Assembly (NCBI GenBank): GCA_039621445.1
Contig: CP154954.1
Span: 33,395,455 to 33,459,454 of the forward strand
Direction: 5' to 3'
Source of the DNA: Euglena gracilis
Lineage: Eukaryota
DNA: 64,000 bases
Under the pieces are notes generated by a model. That model saw only the letters and a program-made list of their open reading frames with translations. It did not search any database and was not told the DNA's origin. Position numbers and translations under genes: made by a program. Shown here one piece after another: positions 47,751-63,580 of the stretch. Positions within the stretch are counted from its first letter, which is position 1; each line of letters starts with the position of its first letter.

Positions 47751-49535
47751 TACTTTTTTAGGAGGGGGTGAAAAAATTTGGTCAAAAAAATCGGACCAAA
47801 TTTTGGCACAATCAAATTTTAGTGAGATTTTTTCTCTTGGAATTTTTTGGATTTTCAATGGCATTCCTTGCTTCCAAAACGTGTCAAAATCAAAATTTTG
47901 AGTGTTGAAATTTTGGAAGGTGTGAAAAAATGGGGTTTTGGGGGTTTTTGGGGGGACGTCCTATATGGATCCCAAAATGGGTCCAAAATACACCCGGTGC
48001 CAAAGGCGCTGGGAAAAAAATTTGGGGTCCAAAAGTTGGTGCTCCCGGAAATAGGGGAAGAGGTGGTGGGGGGGGTCGACCCCCCCCACCAACCATGGAG
48101 GGGGGGGGGGGCGGTGGTCGACCCCCCACCCTGGCCGATTGCCGTCTGCCCTGGCCCTGGTTATGGAACGAAAATTTTCCCCAAGCCAGAGGGCTTGGGG
48201 AAAATGCTTGTTGGCTCACACCCGTTTTTGGGCAGGGAAAGGTGGTTTGAGACAACATCAGTTGTTGGAACTTCCCAGGAGCGCATCAACGCCGGAAAAA
48301 CTGAGTTCAGTTCTGTTCGTTGAGAGGCCAATGCGCTGTCGCAGCTGCCCACCGACATCCTTTGACAGGCAGAGAGGGCATGGGCCCAAATAACTGACCC
48401 CCAGGGCGATGTGCAGGGTGTGCAACACGAAGTCCACCAGCCTGAAGGGGTTGCTGAGGTACAGTGTTGCTGTCTGGGGAGCACACAAGAAGGCAGAGAT
48501 GACCAGACATTAGGACATTGGACATTGGAAGAAAAAAAAGGTGAGGGCACGCTGGCGGATGGGGGGGATGGGGGATGGGGAAGGCAAAGGAGGGGAGAGC
48601 CCTGGGTGTCGGACGGGAGGGCGGGGGGGGGGGGGGGGAGGGGAACGTGGCAGGGGGATGGGGATGCCAGTGGGCGGGGCCGGGGACTGCCAGAGTTGTG
48701 GGCCCTGCCGCACGGCAAGGCTCACACAGCTAAAGCTCAAGCCAAAGCTCACACTCACAAGCAAACTCCAAACCGGGGGATGCGAGAACGGCTGGGCCTG
48801 CGGTTCCCATCAGGGGGGGGTTCAATATGTGAAGACTGGAAAACTCAGGGTCTCTGTGAATGCTGTGAGGATCTCTGAAACAGGGCCATCCAGCAGGTGG
48901 AAAAGGGGGAAACACAGAAACGGCACTCATGCAAACTTGGCCCTCCAAGATTGCCCCCCCCCCCGGCCTTACCTTCAACCAAGTCCCAGACCAAGCGCTG
49001 GGGCGGGGGGCGGGGGGGCATTTTGATGTGAAGAAATGCTGGTCATCAAAATTTCAGTGTGAGGCTTTGGCTTCTCACAAACGGTTCGAAAGTGGGATGT
49101 CCAGCTCAAAATTTGCGTTGGGTTGCATTTTCGGAGTGCCATGCGCAAAATAAGCCAAAAAAGCCTAAAAATGGCGGGCGAAGATCGTTTGGGGGGGCCA
49201 ACTTTGCATGCAAGAAGGTGGGGGGGGGGGGGCGCGCATTGGGACGAAATCTTAAAAAAAAGTAGGAAAATCGGGGGGTCTTAAAATTGTTAAATAGTTT
49301 GGACCTTTATTTGCACCTATTTTTGACCAAACCTACTTTATATATGCCCAGTTCCCCCGGGAAACAAAAGACCACTCTTTTTGTTTATTTATTGTCTTTT
49401 TTGAAAAAAAAATATGAGCAATTGCCAACATAAGTTGATATACAAAACTTCTTGCTCATCAGAAGGTGGTTGGTTTGGAAAGGGGGAACAGCGTAAAGCC
49501 CCACCATTAGGGGAGGGTTACGGTAGGAGGAGGCT

Positions 49536-49935
49536 CCGTAGGAGGAGGCTCTAGAGCCTCCTCGAACACTGTTCGAGGAGGCTCTAGAGCCTCCTCGAAC
49601 ATTGTTCGAGGAGGCTCTAGAGCCTCCTCGAACGTGGTTCGAGGTCGTTCGAGGAGGCTCTAGAGCCTCCTCGAACGTGGTTCGAGGTCGTTCGAGGAGG
49701 CTCTAGAGCCTCCTCGAACGTGGTTCGAGGACGATCCAGGAGGCTCTAGAGCCTCCTCGAACGTGGTTCGAGGACGTTCGAGGAGGCTCTAGAGCCTCCT
49801 CGACCGTCGTTCGAGGTCGTTCGAGGAGGCTCTAGAGCCTCCTCGAACGTGGTTCGAGGGCGTTCGAGGAGGCTCTAGAGCCTCCTCGAACGTGGTTCGA
49901 GGAGGTTCGAGGAGGTCCTAGAGCCTCCTCCTACG
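49536..49935. repeat. Left array: about 10 copies of the 30-bp palindrome GTTCGAGGAGGCTCTAGAGCCTCCTCGAAC
   Basis: Linkers are 3 nt or 13 nt (gtggttcgaggtc). Confidence 0.97.
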
Positions 49936-49997
49936 TACATACATCTGGGTATCAGGAGTCCAGGAAAACAATTTTCAAATTGATCTCTCCATCTGTG

Positions 49998-50056
<59 letters not shown>

Positions 50057-50099
50057 GAATGTCTCCCAGTATCATTCCTGTATCTGCAATAGACTTTTG

Positions 50100-51272
50100 T
50101 CTGCCAACCCCTTCTCGGGTGCAAGTCGACGTAACCCTATCCCTTTCATTAACAAAATAAACCCCTTTTATCCGCCAACCCCTTTTATCCGCCAACCCCT
50201 TCTCGGCTGCAAGTCGACCTAACCCTATCCCTTTCATTAACAAAATAAACCCCTTTTATCCGCCAACCCCTTCTCGGGTGCAAGTCGACCTAACCCTATC
50301 CCTTTCATTAACAAAATAAACCCCTTTTATCTGCCAACCCCTTCTCGGGTGCAAGTCGACCTAACCCTATCCCTTTCATTAACAAAATAAACCCCTTTTA
50401 TCCGCCAACCCCTTTTATCCGCCAACCCCGTCTCGGCTGCAAGTCGACCTAACCCTATCCCTTTCATTAACGAAATAAACCCCTTTTATCCGCCAACCCC
50501 TTCTCGGCTGCAAGTCGACCTAACCCTATCCCTTTCATTAACAAAATAAACCCCTTTTATCTGCCAAACCCTTCTCGGGTGCAAGTCGACCTAACCCTAT
50601 CCCTTTCATTAACGAAATAAACCCCTTTTATCCGCCAACCCCTTCTCGGGTGCAAGTCGACCTAACCCTATGCCTTTCATTAACGAAATAAACCCCTTTT
50701 ATCCGCCAACCCCTTCTCGGGTGCAAGTCGACCTAACCCTATCCCTTTCATTAACGAAATAAACCCCTTTTATCCGCCAACCCCTTCTCGGGTGCAAGTC
50801 GACCTAACCCTATCCCTTTCATTAACGAAATAAACCCCTTTTATCCGCCAACCCCTTCTCGGCTGCAAGTCGACCTAACCCTATCCCTTTCATTAACAAA
50901 ATAAACCCCTTTTATCCGCCAACCCCTTCTCGGGTGCAAGTCGACCTAACCCTATCCCTTTCATTAACAAAATAAACCCCTTTTATCCGCCAACCCCTTC
51001 TCGGGTGCAAGTCGACCTAACCCTATCCCTTTCATTAACAAAATAAACCCCTTTTATCCGCCAACCCCTTCTCGGGTGCAAGTCGACCTAACCCTATCCC
51101 TTTCTATAATCAAATAAACCCCTTTTATCCGCCAACCCCTTCTCGGGTGCAAGTCGACCTAACCCTATCCCTTTCATTAACAAAATAAACCCCTTTTATC
51201 CGCCAACCCCTTCTCGGGTGCAAGTCGACCTAACCCTATCCCTTTCATTAACAAAATAAACCTCTTTTATCT
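50100..51272. repeat. 16 x 71-bp tandem array
   Basis: caagtcgac recurs 16 times with period 71. Two units are 88 bp because of a 17-bp internal duplication. Confidence 0.97.
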
Positions 51273-51516
51273 GCAGGTGAACAAATTTTGCAGGCAGGCA
51301 GGCGCAGTCATTAAATTTGCAAACAACAAAGGAGCAAAGCAAGAGCAGCAGTAAGCCAAAGCCAAGCCACCACACACAATCTCTCTCCTTCCCTCTCCCT
51401 CCCTCCCTCCCTCCCTCCGTCCCTCCCTCCCTCTCTCTCTCTCTCTCTCCCTCTCTCTCTCTTCGAAATCGGTATTCTTTGCTTTCATCGTACTCCGCGA
51501 TGAAGACGTTGTCGAT

Positions 51517-51592
51517 AGGGAGTTTCGCCCCGGCACGGTGGGGTTGGGGCTCCTCAGTGGGGACCCTCACCGGCCTTTTCCCCAGACTCCCT
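51517..51592 (-). ncRNA. Type III hammerhead ribozyme, copy A
   Basis: AGGGAG-UC / UGGGGA..UCCCCA / CUGAGGA / GCCCC..GGGGC / GAAA / CUCCCU gives a complete core and three perfect stems. Confidence 0.92.
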
Positions 51593-51770
51593 TCTTGGGT
51601 CGTCTTGCTTGGGCCCCGTCTTGAGCCTTCTCTTCCCCTTGCTCTTCTCAGGTGCGCTGTTGTTGGGTCAGCGTCCCAGCCTCGACGCCCGGGACAGCAC
51701 CCAGTCAGCGGAGGTCTTATCCTCAGCCGGCATGCATCGCATTGTCCGGGAGGGGGTGCTGTTTGTCTCC

Positions 51771-51862
<92 letters not shown>

Positions 51863-51901
51863 AATTGGATTCTTTTCTTGCATCCCTCGGACGTTGTCGC
51901 T

Positions 51902-51976
51902 AGGGAGTTTCGCCCCGGCACGGTGGGGTTGGGGCTCCTCAGTGGGGACCCTCACCGGCCTTTCCCCAGACTCCCT
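51902..51976 (-). ncRNA. Type III hammerhead ribozyme, copy B
   Basis: Same fold as copy A, inside a ~300-bp direct repeat separated from copy A by (CT)n. Confidence 0.92.
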
Positions 51977-52134
51977 TCTTGGGTCGTGCTTGGGCCCCGT
52001 CTTGAGCCTTCATTCCCCTTCTCAGGTGCGCTGTGGGGTCAGCGTCCAGCCTCGACCCCGGGACAGCACCCAGTCAGCGGATCTTATCCTCAGCCGGCAT
52101 GCATCGCATTGTCCGGGAGGGGGTGTGGTCTCTC

Positions 52135-52167
<33 letters not shown>

Positions 52168-52475
52168 ATCTCTCTTCTCTCTCTCTCTCTTTCCGCACGC
52201 AGGGTCTCCAGGCTCTCTCTCTCTCTCCTCTCTCCTCTCTATCTCTCTCTTCTGAACGGTGTTGCTGGGGGAACTCCTTGGGGGGGAACTCCTTGCCGAC
52301 CGAGAGTGTGTGCTTGTGGGGGAAGTGTGTGTCAGTCGTGTGGCGCGGTTGTCAGTCTGTGTTGCGGTTTCGCCCCAGGCTGGCAGGTGGGGCATCGTCA
52401 GGGGTGACGACCTGCCAACCCTCGTCCCCGACCGCTCTGTCTGTGTGGTCCGTTACAAACGAGCTCTGCACCCTC

Positions 52476-54980
<2,505 letters not shown>

Positions 54981-57339
54981 CGCAAGGAAATCCTCTGTTG
55001 AGGGAGCATGTGCTTGGTCCAGCGGTATGGCGGTGGCCCACGGGGCAGGCGGCGCACGGTTTGGGCCGTTGAGAAGCCACCTCCACACCTTGGAGAACCA
55101 GCTGCGGAGCTCGCGGACCCGGATGTCGGTGGCATGCCAGCGCTGGAAGAGGAAACGGCTCCACACAGACTGCACCAGGCGGCGTGAATACCCCCGCCAA
55201 ATGGCGTTGCGGAAGACGTTTGCCACCGACTGCTTGAAGTCGCCCATGTGACTGCACGCCATGCGGGCAAACTCCAGCCGCCCCATGATGACACCACCCA
55301 GCTGCTCCGTGGGTGCCGTGGTGGTGGCCAGCGGATAGCGCACGATGTGGTGGGGGTAATCTGCCTCCCGGTCGTGGACGGTGGTGTGGACCACCCGCTC
55401 CTCGTTGCTGTGGGTGAGAATGTACACCCTCACGCCCAGGCACACCACGGACTCGCCACTGGCTGTCACCTTGTACTCCATGCCGTATTCTGCTGCGGTG
55501 GGCAGGGGCATTGTGCTCGGGTGCACGATGTCATCGATGTACCGTGACACGGCTGTGGATCGGAGCTGAGGCGGGAGGGAAAGCATATGGTCGCGTTCCA
55601 CGGGGTAACAGGCCAGATTGGCCAGCTGTGGGGCTGGTGGGAGGCCCATCGGCATGCCGCGTATCTGCCGCCGGACCTTCCCCCCATTGCAGGTGTAGTT
55701 GTTGTTCACCGCTGTGGACACCAGCTCCTTCAGGTCGGACATTGTGTAGCCCAGGCCGTCCCAGGACCAGCCGCCCGTGGTGAGCGTGGGGTCGGTGTTT
55801 GCGTCGATGCCCACTGGCGTCTTGGTGTCACGGATGAACGCCCACGCCTCGCGCACGGACTCCATCGTGCGGCTGACAATGGAGTCGAAGGTGAAGGCTG
55901 TGTACATTGTGGTGAAGTCTGCCGTCTCCAAGCCTCCGGCCAGGATGTCCTTGGAGTGTGAACGCACCATGCGGACGAAGGACTCCACACTGTCAATGCC
56001 CCAGAATGCTTTGATGCCCTCGTGCTGCTGCCGCAGCTCGTCCTTCTCCCGCAGTGCACCCTCGATGTGCTTCAGGAGCAACACCAACGCCTTGTTGAGG
56101 GCGTAGAGGGGCTGCCTGGGAGGCTCTTTTGGGGCATCTTGGCGGTCGATGGCTCCCGTGTCGCTGCTGGAGTCGCGGCTCTTGCGGGTCCCGGCAATGA
56201 ACCGGAACTTCTGCTTGGCAGGCTTCCAGATGCCATAGTTGTACACAACCCCGGCACCCGTGGGGAAGCTGAGCCGCTTGTTGATGTCGCTGAGGTGTGC
56301 CACGACATCACTCCAGCTCCCCGGCACGTCCTCGAAGACCGTGGAATCTGCGAGGTAGGCCGCCATTTGCTTCTGGTACCACCGCTTGCAGATGAACACC
56401 AAGCCGTGTGGTGCTCGGTCGTCATGGAGGAACACCAGCTCCTTTTGTGCCTCCCGGATCTGCTGCGACAATCCAGGGAACCCCGTGGGGACGAGGTCCT
56501 CCTTCACTGCTGAGCGTTGCCAGTTGGCACAGCACCGTGCTTCCACCGCCTCTGCCCAGGTTGTGAGCTTGCGGGCGAAAGATGCATCGGTGGGGTTGCT
56601 GCGCGCCGCCCACTCTGTGTACTGGTTGAGCGCTCGCCGCAGGTCGTGGAGGACAGAGTCCGGAGGGCCCTCGAGGCGGAACTTCTTGCCCTTCGCGGCG
56701 AGTGTCTGGAGGTAGGACCATCTCTCTTTCCGCACACAGCGGTAAAAGAGCCAGGCGGTTTCGGATCCAGCCGGGCCTTCCTTGTCGATGCCCCCGACGC
56801 CCGGCTGGTGGGGGCAGACCGCCTGGTGACGGGGCACTCATGTTCCGCGGGTGGGCGCGTCATGGACCCCAAGGGTATGCGGACCCTCAGGGCCACCCAC
56901 GGCTCCATCCAGGCAGGCGAGATAAAGCCCCGTGGGCACCCACCTGGAGAGCGGCTCCGCGTGTTGCATGGCCCTCGGGTGCTGCCGTCACCCGAGGAAC
57001 GGCCCAGGAACTCCGGTTGCCAGGAGCGGGGACCCCGGGGGCCACTCGCCCCACTCCTTGGCGTGAAGGTGGTCACCACTCTGGGATACTCTGGTCCACG
57101 GCCGGCGCCGATTGGGGTCCTGGCAGCATCTGAAGCCAGTCCAGCCAAGGTTGAGCACAGCTGTGCTTCCCCCACTTTCGGGCTTAAGCCAGTGGCACTG
57201 GAGTCTCCCTCTTGGCAGCGCTTTCGCACTTGGGAGGTCTGGGCTTGGTGAGGGTCGCCGGCGGCTGGGCTGTGGGTGTGGGATATTGGCTGGGGAGCAT
57301 GTGGCGGCCCGCCTGCAAAACCTTCCGGCTCCACGGGTA

Positions 57340-57460
57340 GCCGGGGTAGGCTGCGTTGAAGCCGTGTGGCCACATGGTATTGAGGAGACCGACCCACTTG
57401 CGCTCCAGAGCCAGGCGTCCCGGGGATGATGGCAGGCGCTCTGCCCGGGGGAAAAAACTG
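57340..57460 (-). pseudogene. C-terminal remnant of a GIY-YIG endonuclease
   Basis: RLALERKWVGLLNTMWPHGFN fits the E..W...L.T..P.G.N signature. Confidence 0.75.
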
Positions 57461-57500
57461 TCGGGTGGCGGAGCTTCTCCCGCCACCCGAGAAGAGAGAG

Positions 57501-57552
<52 letters not shown>

Positions 57553-57596
57553 GAAAATAGAAGCACAGTCTCCTGATACGGTGAAGCATATACACA

Positions 57597-58016
57597 GGAG
57601 GAGGCTCGAGATTTCGTTCGACGAGGCTCTAGAGCCTCCTCGAACGACCTCGAACCACGTTCGAGGAGGCACTAGCGCCTCCGAGAACGACCTCGAACCA
57701 CGTTCGAGTAGGCTCTAGAGCCTCCTCGAACCTCCTCGAACCACGTTCGAGGAGGCTCTAGAGCCTCCTCGAACGACCTCGAACCACGTTCGAGGAGGCT
57801 CTAGAGCCTCCTCGAACGACCTCGAACCACGTTCGAGGAGGCTCTAGAGCCTCCTCGAACATGGTTCGAGGAGGCTCTAGAGCGTACTCGAACGCGGTTC
57901 GAGGAGGCTCTAGAGCCTCCTCGAACCACTTTTAAGCCCCCCCTAGAGGGGGGGGGGCTTAAAAATGTTCGAGGAGGCTCGAGGTCGAACGCTCGATCTC
58001 GAGCCTCCTCCTACGG
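57597..58016. repeat. Right array: about 8 copies of the same 30-bp palindrome, inverted linkers
   Basis: The linker gacctcgaaccac is the reverse complement of the left linker. An extra hairpin ttttaagccccc..gggggcttaaaa lies at ~57930-57964. Confidence 0.97.
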
Positions 58017-58544
58017 TTACCCCCCCCCCACCATCAGGGTGTAGACATGCAAAACTTGGGTGCTGGGGGAATGTTATTTAGGGAAAATGATACTTGGTGG
58101 AAATTTCAGTCAAAATAACAACAATTTTTTGCTTCATTTCTAAAAATTCACATCCCTGACACTGCATATTTTGGGTTCTTTCTTTATTTTATTTTATCTT
58201 CTGTTATATTTTACCTACTCGACACTTTATTTCTGCTTCTTGAAACAACAACAATATGTTTTGGCAAATCCAATGAAATTGAACCAGTATCAACACCAAA
58301 GATAGAATGCTGTTTTGAAATGGAATTTCCCACCTTAGTTTTGATTTGTCACATGTGGGGGTGTATCGATTTGGGAGAGTTGGGAGCAGGTTATTGCATG
58401 AGGACCTGGGGGGGGGTCCACTGGCTAGCCAGTTTGGTATATACTGGAAAATGGACAAGAAAGACCCCCCCGGGCGGTCTTTCTAGTCACAGTGACACAG
58501 TGACACAGACACACAGGGGGGGGGTCCCCGGCGAAGCATTATTT

Positions 58545-58940
58545 TTTTAAGGCGCCTTAAAAACCTTTAAAAAACGCCTGAAAAATATTTGGCCAAAATG
58601 CCTTGAAAACCTTAAAAACCCTTAAAAAACTGGTTGTCGAAAATTTTTCGAATTTTCGCAAAAAAAAGTCGCAAAATCTCGGCAAAAAAAACAACGATTT
58701 CTGGCATCGCTGGAACATTGTCTATCCACTCAAAACTCAAAAAAAAAGTGTTTGATTTCAACCTGGACCAATGTTGGTTCGATGCCCCGGATGGCTCTTT
58801 GACCACCCATGAAAAATAGATACCTTAAAAATTCTTCAAAATTTGAAAATGCCTTAAAAACGTTAAAAAAACGCCTTAAAAACCCTTAAAATTATTGAAG
58901 AATTTTGCCAATTATTGAAGAATTTTGCCTTAAAAAAAAT
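58545..58940. repeat. Degenerate ccttaaaaa repeats, probably MITE subterminal DNA
   Basis: Many ccttaaaa/ccttgaaa units, plus a 21-bp tandem duplication aattattgaagaattttgcc. Confidence 0.6.
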
Positions 58941-59632
58941 GTCTGTCTGCGGTCCTCCGACGCCAAATGAGGCTTTTAAATGTGTTTTTTTTTGGCGATT
59001 TTAATCCAAAAAAAATACCAAAAAAAATAGCCAAAAATGGGCATTTTTGGCCTTTTGGGGGTCCAAAATTTTTTCGGTGCTTCGCGCCGGTCATTGGAAA
59101 AATTGCCGGGGGGGTCTGCCCTGCTAGCGGACCCCCCCCCCCAGGGGGAGTCCACTATAATTTCCACTGGCCAAATTTGGACTAGCTGCAGCCCAGCCCC
59201 CCCCCCCCCAGGTAGCACTGTGAACCCTTAAATAATAGACTGGTTGGGAGGGTCCTTTATGGAAACGTTCTGGGAGGGGGCTGCACACCTACCTCCCGTG
59301 TTCAAGAAGCACCAGTGCGTTCCGCTGACGGAGTGAGTGTCCCAAAAAAAACCTTACCAAAAACATTGTGCTCAAATGAAAAGAAAATGTGTCTCGAAAA
59401 TGTGCCGTTGATACAGGGAGTGTGTCAAAGACACGCTGTGGCTTGGACAAGGGGGGGAGGAAGAACCAACGGCCTATACCCACATCGATACACCCATCAC
59501 CAATCATTATCCCAATATCCCAACGTTGTTCATCAAACCATTTCTTCAGCTGACACGGCACACGTCCGTCATCTGTCTCTGTACCACGTTTGTACTCTCA
59601 TTCTGCTTGTCCTTGTCTCATTCTGCTTGTCT

Positions 59633-62600
59633 TTAGCGGGCTGAGTCATCACTGGCTGGAGTAGCCCCTGTACGGGAGGGCACAGGTCCAAGCCCTGTCA
59701 GCCCACTGGCGGCGGGGAAACTGGGCCGGACAGAGCGGTATGCCGCGGGGCAGCCGCCACACGTTGGGCACCAGCCAGAGACCGCTCTGTCTTCTGCAGC
59801 GTTTGGGCAGGGGGCAGCCTTCAGATCCCCGCCATACCTGGCACAACAGCTGGTTCTCCAACGCCTCGCACAGCTGCGGCCTTCAGGCTCGAAAGCACTT
59901 TTCAAAATAAAACGTTTGGTGTTGTAATTTGCATTTGGAAATGAACCTTCCCCCATGGCACTACCAAAAATAATGGGCAGCAAAGAGCAGTGAGAAGCAC
60001 CTCCTCCTGGCGCCAAAGAATGCAACATCCCTCTAAGGTTTTGCAGTCCCGGGGGGGGGGTGATGCAAGATGCAACCCAATTGCTGCCCCTCCACTGAAA
60101 CGGGGGGTCGCACCCTCCTTCCCCACCAATGCTCTTTTAATATCCTGGTCATTTCATAGCTACTTGTAACACCTGATGCCGGTCACCAAAGCTGTGGAGG
60201 GCATAGGAACATATGGGCTTTTCAGGGCCTGTTTTCGCAATTTGACCCAACTTTTCGGCACCGGATCTCAAAAATGTTGTCATTTTACCCCGTAAAAAAG
60301 TTTGGCTGTTGAGATTTCAGTCTTAAAAGCACGTTAGTGTAAATTTTGGGACGGTTTTTAGGTGCAAATTACAACCATGATGCAGAATCCCAAAAACCTG
60401 GAAACACGACACCGTAGGGCTGTTTTTGGCCCATTTTACCAAAACGTGACCAACTTGTCACCACCATATCTCCAACATGTTCGACCATCACGCTCTGAAA
60501 AAAATTGAAATACCTTTGAAAACAGACGTTAAATTCGAAATCCTGGCTAAAGCAATGTTCCGCCGCCAAGGCACCGCCAAAGGCTTCGCATGCATTGCAC
60601 GCGCACTACGTTTGACCTGGTGCCAAAACAAGGTCTCCCGAAGTGTTCGGAAAAAGGGGCTTTACATAGGGGAATTTTGCACAATGCGTATACCAGAGCC
60701 ATCATATGATACAAGCAGTCGTCAGGAACAGCGAAACTATGCAATATGGAGTATTTTGCAACAACAATCCCCCCCAAAATGGGCCAAGATCACAAATTAG
60801 GGCAGAATGCCAATTTACGCCAATTTATGGGGCCAAACTTGCAGGCAGTTTGGCAGTCTTGTTGATTTTGCCCCAATCCCCCAGCCTCATTGGCGGAAAA
60901 AATCCCAATAAAAAAATTTGTTCAATAAAATTGTCAAAGATGCCCCCTCTGTGCCAAAGTTGTTGACCCCCCACCGGGGCAGGGGACACTGAGATTGGCC
61001 ACGGAAGCCGTGATTGGACAACAGGAATTAAATTTTTTCTTGCTTTTAGGATTTGAGTTGGGTTTTGTGTTGGGATGTGTGTTGGGATTTGTGTTAGGAG
61101 ACAAAAATGGCGGAAACAAAATGAAGGAAAACCGAATACTTACCATTATTTTCGCATCATTTTTCCCTGTCATTTTTCCGTCATCCCCCCCCCCGTCATT
61201 TTGTTCGGATTGTGAGCCAAATCGGGGTAATTTTTTTGTTCCCCAATCCCCATGCCAAAACAAGTGGGAGCAAAGAGCCGGATGGCACCAGACGTTGGCA
61301 AACTGGAACCAGGAACCAGAAACCAGGACAGACAGTGGAACAAGGAAGGCGGCACAAGCAGAGGGAGGGTGGCTGGCCATACGAAGGACCTGACGAAGCC
61401 AAGCCACAACACGGTGCCGTGGGCTTCACAGCGATCGCAGGGGCTGTGGGGGTGGTGCGTCGCAACAGCCCCCATTTCTGGGGCGCGGGGAAAGGGGTCA
61501 TCCAGTTACCTCCCCCAAAAGAAATTTTGCCCCTGCAAAGCTGGACTTTTTGGCCCCCTCACAGCAAACTTATTTGGGCAGTACCCAAAACAGGGGTCTT
61601 GAGGACGGGATCCCGTGGGTGGCTGGATCTCCCCTTGGGGTGGGGTCCAGGGGGGGGGTCGGCTGGCTGGCAACCGGACCCAATGGGCACATGAAACATT
61701 GCAAAAAAGCCGAAGTCCAGTTGGGTTGGGGTTTTCACTCAAAATTTTCAAGTGAAAACCCAAAAAAAAATTCTCAAAAAATGGTCTATTGGCTCCTTTC
61801 TGAAATTTGGACATTTCCACCCCCTTTCCAAAATTTTAGGAGCTTCATTATTTCAGTGCACCCTCCCAGTGGGGGGGGGGTCCGCAGCCTGGTTGGGAGA
61901 TGCTGGCTAGAAAAAAGTTGAAAAAGTAGAAAAAAGGATGGCTGGACCCCCAAGGGTAGGGTCATCTTCAGTTTCAGAAAACTGCTGACCCAAAACCATT
62001 GATGAATTGATTCACCCCTTCCCAACCCACCCCACCCAAAGTAATTTGGTCAAATGGTTTTGAACTGATAACTGATAATTTTGATGTGATTCAATGCCTC
62101 CATTCACTGAATAACAAAACATCAAAATTATTTGGGGGTTTACCAGTGTTGCAAACTGTAAACCAACGCGTGGAAGAACCAGCCAACAATGTCACACCCA
62201 AAGCCTCCGAGGTTCGTGAGGATGTGCAGGGTAAGATATCTGCAGCACCAGCAACATACATCGACCGTGATAGAGGAGGATGGGAGGGTGGCAAAACAAG
62301 TGCTCTGCTCTCACTGCACAATGAGGGAAGGAAATGCGGAGGAACACAAAGACTGTTGTACTGCCTGAGCTTCCACATTCATTGTTTGAATTGTTGAATG
62401 TTGAATTTGTTTGATTTTTTGATATTTGACCGAGTATTCCCTTCAGGCTATTGCATTAAACTTGCCCCTTCCCAGGGTGAATGCACACGGAGGAGGAAAA
62501 TGGTGTGACAGGCAGATGAAAGTACAAAGAGAGGAATTACATTTTTTAAAAGACCCCCCTCTCCCCCAGACCCAGATAATATCTTTGTGGGTGGAGGGTG

Positions 62601-63580
62601 ACAACCTCAGAGGTGTAAAATGGCGACCTTTTGGGTATGAAATTTTGCGCCCAAAGGCTTCCGCACAATTTCCTCCTTAAACTCAAGAATACACATGGCA
62701 TTTGGTCGCCTGCCAAAAACTTCCCGAAATACGCTGAAAAATACAATGCATATGCTTGGTGCTTCCCCATTCAGTCGTCCGAGTACAGTGTTGAACCAAG
62801 GTGGAAGGATGCTGAAGGACAGTCTTGCTTTGGGCAGTCCAGGAGCAGGCTGTTTTCATTTCCAAAGAAACCAGCAATGACTTCTTGCCCTAAATAACAT
62901 CCACTGCTGCCGCCGCCACCACCACCACCACCACCAACGCTTGCACATTGACGGACAAATGCAACTCACTTGGGTTTGGTGCCCCCCTCCCGAATGTTGC
63001 AGGTTGGAGTCCAAACCACCCACCTGACCCGACGTCAAACCGTAGAACGAGATTGGCAGAGGCAACATGAGGTGTTCCCCACAATAATCACAACTCATCC
63101 GAAACATCTCCTACAATTGCCATAGCGGGGTGCGGGTTTGGTGGGAGCCCACTGCAATGTCTTGCCCCAGTTTTTTCAGGGCTAGGTTGCTGGGGGGAAC
63201 TGCCCTTCAAGAGGAAACAGCCGGCTCACAAGGCCACAAGGTTGGTGGGAGGAGGGCAGTGCTGGAGGCAGCCTGGCCTGTCCAAAACACCAAACACCTC
63301 TTCCTCTGCGTTGATTGGTGGGTGTTTGCCCCTCCCTGTGTCTTTCTCTGTCCTCCCTTCTTTGAGGCGGAGGTTGCCAGGGGGGAGGGGGCAGGCGAGG
63401 CTGCAAATGGGACGATCGGACCGCAACAAAGAAGGGGGAGGGGGACATGAGGGGAACGCGCAAGCACAGGGCGGCGATTCCGACAGGGGCTGGAGGGCGG
63501 GGCCAGAGCTGATGCTCACTGGGCCCCGGTGGGTCGGTTCGGGGCAGAGGGTCGGCGGCTGGCACTGGATTCCGCAGCCA
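59633..63580 (-). other. Possible scattered host exons (~59633-59895, 62150-62260, 62750-62850, 63460-63580)
   Basis: Short GC-richer open islands in AT/homopolymer-rich DNA. No product recognised. Confidence 0.25.

Noticed and set aside
48258-48488. Possible terminal host exon on the minus strand
   Set aside because: It is an isolated 76-aa frame with no recognisable homology or partner exons.
49536-49935. CRISPR array (palindromic 30-bp repeats)
   Set aside because: The linkers are 3 or 13 nt and near-identical, not unique spacers. There are no cas genes, and the mirror copy indicates TIRs.
50100-51272. CRISPR array, true telomere or ribozyme array
   Set aside because: There are no variable spacers, only a partial TTAGGG per unit, and no CUGANGA/GAAA core.
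51700-51730. Additional CUGAGGA hammerhead core (also ~52090)
   Set aside because: There is no stem II-GAAA or matching stem III.
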